Assembly (NCBI GenBank): GCA_965248755.1
Contig: OZ252149.1
Coordinates: 1,152,001-1,216,000, forward strand
Length of the DNA stretch: 64,000 nucleotides
DNA from: Candidatus Latescibacterota bacterium
GTDB lineage: Bacteria; Latescibacterota; CBDEFO01
Direction: 5' to 3'
Part shown: positions 57,972 through 64,000 of the stretch, piece after piece
Layout: every line of letters begins with the position of its first letter
How positions within the stretch are numbered: the stretch's first letter is position 1
Made by a program: the position numbers and the translations under genes
The notes under the pieces: model-generated
Databases searched by the model: none
What the model was told of the DNA's origin: nothing
The model's input: only the letters and a program-made list of their open reading frames with translations

Positions 57972-58934
57972 TCACGCCCACCACATGGGCCCCGGTGTCT
58001 CCTTGAGGAGGACCTCATGAAGGAACGTCACCGCCTTCATCAAACCTTCGTTGACGGACATCAAGCTGTCCTCGTGTTCGATTGAGATCACATAGTCGTA
58101 GCCGACCATCCTGAGGGTGCTCACAAAGTCGTTCCAGAACTCGTATCCGTGGCCGTATCCCACGGTCCTGAATATCCACGACCTGTTGATCTCATCTCCA
58201 TAGGGTTTAGTATCCAACACGCCGTTGACCGATGAGTTAGCCTCGTAGACCATACAGTCCTTAGCGTGCACGTGGAATATCGCCTCTCCTAATTCTCTTA
58301 TGCACGCGATGGGGTCCATCCCCTGCCAGAACAGGTGGCTTGGATCGAAGTTGGCACCGATATTATCTCCACACTCGTCCCTGAGCTTCAAGAGCGTCTC
58401 TGAGTTGTAGACCACAAAGCCCGGATGCATCTCTATACAGAACTTGGCGCCGTGATCTGAAAGTATCCTCGATCCCTCTTTCCAGTACGGTATGACCTTT
58501 TCCTCCCACTGCCAGTTTACGATCTCTGTAAAATCCGGTGGCCAGGGACAGGTCACCCAATTGGGGTACTTGGCGTCGTCCGAATCTCCCGGACATCCGG
58601 AAAATCCGTTAATCCTATCGATTCCGAGCTTTTCGGATAACTGACAGGTCTTCACAAAGGAATCGTGGTGCTCTTTGGCTATCGCCTCGTTCGGATGGAT
58701 CGGATTTCCGTGACAGGAAAGCGCGCTGATCTCAAATCCACTGTCCTGGATTGTCTTCTTGAACGTATTGAGCTTGTCTTGGTTCCCTAAAAGCTCATCC
58801 GGGTCGCAGTGCGGACTTCCCCCATAACCGCCAGTTCCTAATTCGACCACGCTCAGACCCGCTTTAGATAGATAGTCCAGAGTCTCTTCTAGCGACCATT
58901 CTCCGAACAGTGCGGTTAAGACACCGAGTTTCAT
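57972..58934 (-). CDS. sugar phosphate isomerase/epimerase (TIM barrel)
   Basis: LSCHGNP, EMHPG, NFDPSH, HVHAKD, SIEHED. Confidence 0.9.
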   Translation of the reverse strand: MKLGVLTALFGEWSLEETLDYLSKAGLSVVELGTGGYGGSPHCDPDELLGNQDKLNTFKKTIQDSGFEISALSCHGNPIHPNEAIAKEHHDSFVKTCQLSEKLGIDRINGFSGCPGDSDDAKYPNWVTCPWPPDFTEIVNWQWEEKVIPYWKEGSRILSDHGAKFCIEMHPGFVVYNSETLLKLRDECGDNIGANFDPSHLFWQGMDPIACIRELGEAIFHVHAKDCMVYEANSSVNGVLDTKPYGDEINRSWIFRTVGYGHGYEFWNDFVSTLRMVGYDYVISIEHEDSLMSVNEGLMKAVTFLHEVLLKETPGPMWWA

Positions 58935-59007
58935 TTGACAATCCTCGTTTGCTGTGCGATAAAGAATTTAGTGCCGATATTGCCTGCCCAGAAGATGGAC
59001 ATACACT

Positions 59008-60168
<1,161 letters not shown>

Positions 60169-60211
60169 CGTCTTGCTCTCTTTCTTGGCCTTAGCCTATG
60201 CATTGGCCGTC

Positions 60212-60424
60212 TTATATTACAATTACCTTCATAATCTTGACATCCGCTTTTTCTCCGTCGTAGATGACCTCTACAACTCTGCTGGACTTATGCGCCTCTC
60301 TCAGCACTTCCCCCCACTCTCCGATGTTGCCCCAATGCAAGGATTCGCCATTGATGTTGATCTCGGATATCTCTTTGGGATTGTGATAGACAATAAATCT
60401 TATCTTACCTTTTACTGTTTCCAT
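60212..60424 (-). CDS. small hypothetical protein (70 aa)
   Basis: SD GGGAGG 3 nt before ATG; co-oriented; fills the intergenic gap. Confidence 0.6.
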   Translation of the reverse strand: METVKGKIRFIVYHNPKEISEININGESLHWGNIGEWGEVLREAHKSSRVVEVIYDGEKADVKIMKVIVI

Positions 60425-60552
60425 GTTCCTCCCTGTGTATCATTGTCCTCTTCTTGGGAGTTCTTATATTCCCTTTGGGGTGTTACTTTGGCTCTCCTTA
60501 CCTTTTCTTGTCATGTCATTGTCAGCATTTCACCGCTGGAGCGGTATTGCTT

Positions 60553-61323
60553 TTACTCCAACAATTTTTCCCTCTTCAAGTCGAGGTCAAAGACTCTCAA
60601 AAATCGTCCTGCGGATTCACCTATCAGTTCTAAAATGCCGTCGTCGTCTACGTCCAGCATGCCGAGCCTATCGCCGAACGGCTCTCTGTATCGCCACTCG
60701 AAATCCCGAAATCTAGCGTCCAGGACAAAACCTGTATTTAAGACTATCTCATCTTGGCCGTCTGCATCAAAATCGGCTATTACCATATCTTCTGCTGTGT
60801 ATTCCTCATCGCTCCTCCACTCTTCGAAGTGATCCTTACCATCGTATATGTAAAGGTGGGAATCCGCTATGAAGATAAATTCTTTCTGATCGTCGTCGTC
60901 AACGTTGTATATCTCCATACAGGTTATCGATTCAAATTTGGTCTGTATAGACTGCCAGATGAGCCTGTGTGTCCTCGGGTCCCAGAAATATATCCTGCCT
61001 GTGTTGGTATAGACAACTATCTCCAATTGACCATCAAGGTCCATATCTTCCACGAACACTTCGCCGATTGCTCCTCCTAATTCTCTGCTTTTCCATTCCT
61101 CCAGATAGCCCCTCTTTTGCCGCTTGAGTATGTGAATGATGCCTCTGTTATCCCCATAGACTATCCTTTCCTTGTCGGACTTGTCATCGGGAGGGAGGAT
61201 CTTTATAGCATCGAACTCGTCGGCCGATCCCTGTAATATCTCCTCTGCAACTGACTGATCGGAGGGAAAGACCAAAGACCCATAAAGTAGCACAAATGTC
61301 AGGCATAGTCTTATCATAGACAA
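60553..61323 (-). CDS. exported FG-GAP/VCBS-like repeat protein
   Basis: Signal peptide; DMDLDGQLE, NVDDDDQKE, DFDADGQDE, DVDDDGILE repeats. Confidence 0.8.
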   Translation of the reverse strand: MSMIRLCLTFVLLYGSLVFPSDQSVAEEILQGSADEFDAIKILPPDDKSDKERIVYGDNRGIIHILKRQKRGYLEEWKSRELGGAIGEVFVEDMDLDGQLEIVVYTNTGRIYFWDPRTHRLIWQSIQTKFESITCMEIYNVDDDDQKEFIFIADSHLYIYDGKDHFEEWRSDEEYTAEDMVIADFDADGQDEIVLNTGFVLDARFRDFEWRYREPFGDRLGMLDVDDDGILELIGESAGRFLRVFDLDLKREKLLE

Positions 61324-61339
61324 ATAGGTGTTAGGTCAT

Positions 61340-61367
61340 AATAGTCTGGACAAGATTATAGAGATCC
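61340..61367. repeat. 28-bp dispersed motif, copy B
   Basis: AATAGTCTGGACAAGATTATAGAGATCC. Confidence 0.7.
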
Positions 61368-61385
61368 ACATAGAACGGATAAGAA

Positions 61386-61445
61386 CAGACAGGAATGTCT
61401 GTTCTACCAACACATATGAAAGCGTGGGTCAGACATTCCTGTCTG
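61386..61445. repeat. inverted pair of GTAG-type REP-like sequences
   Basis: CAGACAGGAATGTCTGTTCTAC ... GTGGGTCAGACATTCCTGTCTG (16-bp perfect inverted repeat). Confidence 0.7.
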
Positions 61446-61453
61446 ATGTCTTA

Positions 61454-62032
61454 TCATAAAACTTGAACATAGATCATGTCCAGGAAGTATCTATGTACCC
61501 TCGTATCATCTGTAAGTTCAGGATGAAACGACGATACCAGGACATTTTTCTGCCTTGCCACAACGCACTCGCAGCCGAGCGTCCCTATGGACTCGGCACC
61601 ATCGCCCAGACTGATTATCCTGGGAGCGCGGATGAAGACCATGTCTATCTCCTGAGACTCAGAGGAAAGATTCACCTTCCCTGTGCTTCTAAAGCTTTCC
61701 CTCTGACGGCCATAGGCATTTCTCTCAACTTTTACGTCTATAAAGCCCAAAGAAAATTGAGAGGGGTTTATAACCTCCTTTGCTACCATTATCAGTCCTG
61801 CGCAGGTTCCAAAGATAGGCTTTCCTCCACTGTGGAAGTCTCCGAGTGCGGGGACAAACGCATACTCCTCTATAAGCTTTAAGAGAGTTGTGCTCTCTCC
61901 GCCGGGGATGATAAGTCCTTCGACTTTTGACAAGTCCTGGGGTCTCTTAACTATACAGGGATCTTCCCCGAGCCGCGTCAACATCCCTTTGTGAGCGTCA
62001 AAATCCCCCTGAAGCCCCAAAATGCCTATCAT
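61454..62032 (-). CDS. pdxT: pyridoxal 5'-phosphate synthase glutaminase subunit
   Basis: LGLQGDF, PGGESTT, FGTCAG, RNAYGRQ, FIRAP, FHPE. Confidence 0.97.
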   Translation of the reverse strand: MIGILGLQGDFDAHKGMLTRLGEDPCIVKRPQDLSKVEGLIIPGGESTTLLKLIEEYAFVPALGDFHSGGKPIFGTCAGLIMVAKEVINPSQFSLGFIDVKVERNAYGRQRESFRSTGKVNLSSESQEIDMVFIRAPRIISLGDGAESIGTLGCECVVARQKNVLVSSFHPELTDDTRVHRYFLDMIYVQVL

Positions 62033-62034
62033 CT

Positions 62035-62925
62035 TCAGACCCCTCTGCTTTGGAACAGTTCCTCCGCTGACAACGAGGCTATCTCTATCCCGACCATAGC
62101 CTCTCCTAAATATTCGGAGATTCTAACTAAGACTTCAGGATCGTCGTAGTGGGTTACTGCTTCCACTATGGCCTTTGCTCTCAGCGGGGGATCTTCGGAC
62201 TTGAATACCCCTGATCCCACAAAGACGGATTCTGCTCCTAACTGCATCATAAGGGAAGCGTCGGCGGGAGTGGCAACTCCGCCCGCTGCGAAGTTCGGAA
62301 CGGGGAGCTTGCCCGCTTCCGCCACCATCTTGACCAGAGAGTAAGGCGCTCCCAACTCCTTTGACTCTGTCATCAACTCCTCTGTCCTCATAGAAGTTAG
62401 TTTGGAGATATGTCCCATAACCTTGCGCATATGGCGGACGGCTTCCACGATGTTTCCTGAACCTGCTTCCCCCTTGGTCCGTATCAGCGCTGCTCCCTCA
62501 CCTATTCTCCTCAGCGCCTCTCCCAGGTCCCTTGCCCCGCAGACGAAGGGGACATTGAAGGCGAACTTATCTACGTGAAAGTTCTCATCGGCGGGAGTTA
62601 AGACTTCGCTTTCGTCTATGAAGTCAACTCCCAGCGCCTCTAATATCTGCGCCTCCACAAAGTGACCTATTCTGACCTTAGCCATCACAGGGATAGAGAC
62701 AATGTCCATAATCTCCCTGATCTTGCTGATATTTGCCATCCTTGCTACTCCGCCTTCTGATCTGATGTCGGCGGGTACCCTTTCCAGTGCCATAACAGAT
62801 ACAGCCCCAGCGTCCTCGGCTATTTTTGCCTGTTCAGCATTAGTCACATCCATTATCACACCGCCCTTCAACATCTCCGCCAAGCCCACTTTCAGTTTTA
62901 ACGTTCCTGTTTCCATTTGCGACAC
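62035..62925 (-). CDS. pdxS: pyridoxal 5'-phosphate synthase lyase subunit
   Basis: [39 protein letters not shown]. Confidence 0.98.
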   Translation of the reverse strand: MSQMETGTLKLKVGLAEMLKGGVIMDVTNAEQAKIAEDAGAVSVMALERVPADIRSEGGVARMANISKIREIMDIVSIPVMAKVRIGHFVEAQILEALGVDFIDESEVLTPADENFHVDKFAFNVPFVCGARDLGEALRRIGEGAALIRTKGEAGSGNIVEAVRHMRKVMGHISKLTSMRTEELMTESKELGAPYSLVKMVAEAGKLPVPNFAAGGVATPADASLMMQLGAESVFVGSGVFKSEDPPLRAKAIVEAVTHYDDPEVLVRISEYLGEAMVGIEIASLSAEELFQSRGV

Positions 62926-62987
62926 CTCTTAGAAGAGTAGACAGTAGACACCAGCTCTTCTCCCTATATGCTGTTACCGTTTGCTGC

Positions 62988-64000
62988 CTACTTATGCTTG
63001 TTTCCTGTTGCTTTCTGCACAGCAGAATAGACCTCAAGTATTGGGATTTCTCTTTCTCTTGCTATACGCGCACAGTCGTCGAACTCAGGAGTGATCCTTC
63101 TGGATCCGTTCAGATGGGCGATCTTGACCTTGACAGGTCCCAAAGCCGTATCCAGGGACCCCGACTCCCTTTCTAATTTCACCCTATCGACTCTGTATGT
63201 TCTCACCCCGATAGTCGTGGTTTCGTTCAGGATAGTTTCAATTATCGAATCTTTGTGATCGTCATCACAAAGGACGCTCAAAACTATCCCCGGGCGGCCC
63301 TTTTTCATAACCACAGGAGAAAGATAGGCGTCCTTTGCGCCCGATTCTATCATCCTGTCGAGTATGTAGCCGTATATCTCTGAAGTCATATCATCTATAT
63401 TCGTTTCCACTACAATTGAATAGTCCTGCTGGAACTCACCAACTGTCTGGCCTATCTGAAGCCTCAACACGTTCGGCATCTCTCGGAGGTCTCTTCCTCC
63501 TGCGCCGTATCCGATTGACTCGGTTCTGAACTTGGGAGACGTCCCGAAGCCTGAAGCAAGGGAGGTCAGAATCGCCGCTCCTGTAGGTGTAACCAACTCC
63601 GCCTTTACATCAGTTCTCTCTGAAGGAACCTCCTTACATAGTTCCAGCACAGCGGGCGCAGGGATGGGGATTACTCCGTGAGCCGATTCTGCAAACCCTG
63701 ATCCGAATCTGAGAGCTGAAGAATAGATTTTCTCAATTCCCATAAGCTCCAGACCCACCACAGTCCCTACAATATCCACAATAGCGTCCAGTGCCCCCAC
63801 CTCGTGGAAGTGAATCTTGTCAGGAGTAGTTCCGTGAACCTTAGCCTCAGCCTCAGCCAGTCTTTCAAAGATCTTCCGAGCCGTCTGCTTGGCGGTAGGA
63901 GATATGGAACTTCTATCTATAATATGTACTATATCGGACAGATGACGGTGAAGATTCGTATCTTCTGCTATGACATTCAGCTTAGTCGCAGCTATCGGTC
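62988..64000 (-). CDS. larC: nickel-pincer cofactor biosynthesis protein LarC, 5' end outside window
   Basis: Frame open to window edge: AEAKVHG...IHFHEVGALD; ELVTPTGAA, ETNIDD, MKKGRPG, ETTTIGVR, PEFDD. Confidence 0.95.
   Translation of the reverse strand, partial: PIAATKLNVIAEDTNLHRHLSDIVHIIDRSSISPTAKQTARKIFERLAEAEAKVHGTTPDKIHFHEVGALDAIVDIVGTVVGLELMGIEKIYSSALRFGSGFAESAHGVIPIPAPAVLELCKEVPSERTDVKAELVTPTGAAILTSLASGFGTSPKFRTESIGYGAGGRDLREMPNVLRLQIGQTVGEFQQDYSIVVETNIDDMTSEIYGYILDRMIESGAKDAYLSPVVMKKGRPGIVLSVLCDDDHKDSIIETILNETTTIGVRTYRVDRVKLERESGSLDTALGPVKVKIAHLNGSRRITPEFDDCARIAREREIPILEVYSAVQKATGNKHK

Overview
Bacterial chromosomal window using the standard code; TGA serves as a normal stop. Gene content suggests a diderm aerobe. 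The Met-Gly pilins resemble those I recall from FCB-group/candidate phyla, but no marker gene is present, so taxonomy is only inference. Main blocks: (1) 1-8.7 kb, minus strand: type IV filament locus with major pilin, PilC, MshEN-PilB, three pilin-like genes (one frameshifted), a HEAT-repeat insert and a cNMP-binding protein; all four pilins start Met-Gly and lack a class III leader and Glu5. (2) 9-13.5 kb: SWIM protein, Tat-lipoprotein DUF362, prenyltransferase-repeat protein with a long structured leader, and a decayed IS481-like element. (3) 13.6-32.4 kb, plus strand: ~19-kb respiratory cluster with split b6-type cytochrome b but no Rieske gene in the window, an octaheme cytochrome c, two amicyanin-like cupredoxins, a diheme lipoprotein, a type A2 heme-copper oxidase with CtaA/CtaB/SCO/DUF420, an ABC exporter, and an AhpD-like gene with an in-frame TGA (CxxU) and candidate SECIS. 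(4) 32.5-56 kb, minus strand: fliO, malic enzyme, pgk, gdhA, an interrupted pspA/DUF350/DUF4178/K+ channel module, chdC, TPR lipoprotein, amidase, dppABC. (5) 56-58 kb: HEPN/MNT pair whose HEPN gene is split by a 1,096-bp transposase-less cassette; removing the cassette restores the frame. (6) 58-64 kb: sugar oxidoreductase and epimerase, FG-GAP protein, pdxTS, partial larC. Intergenic DNA carries ~10 copies of a 21-bp palindrome, often nested in larger REP-like repeats. No rRNA, tRNA or CRISPR array was seen.
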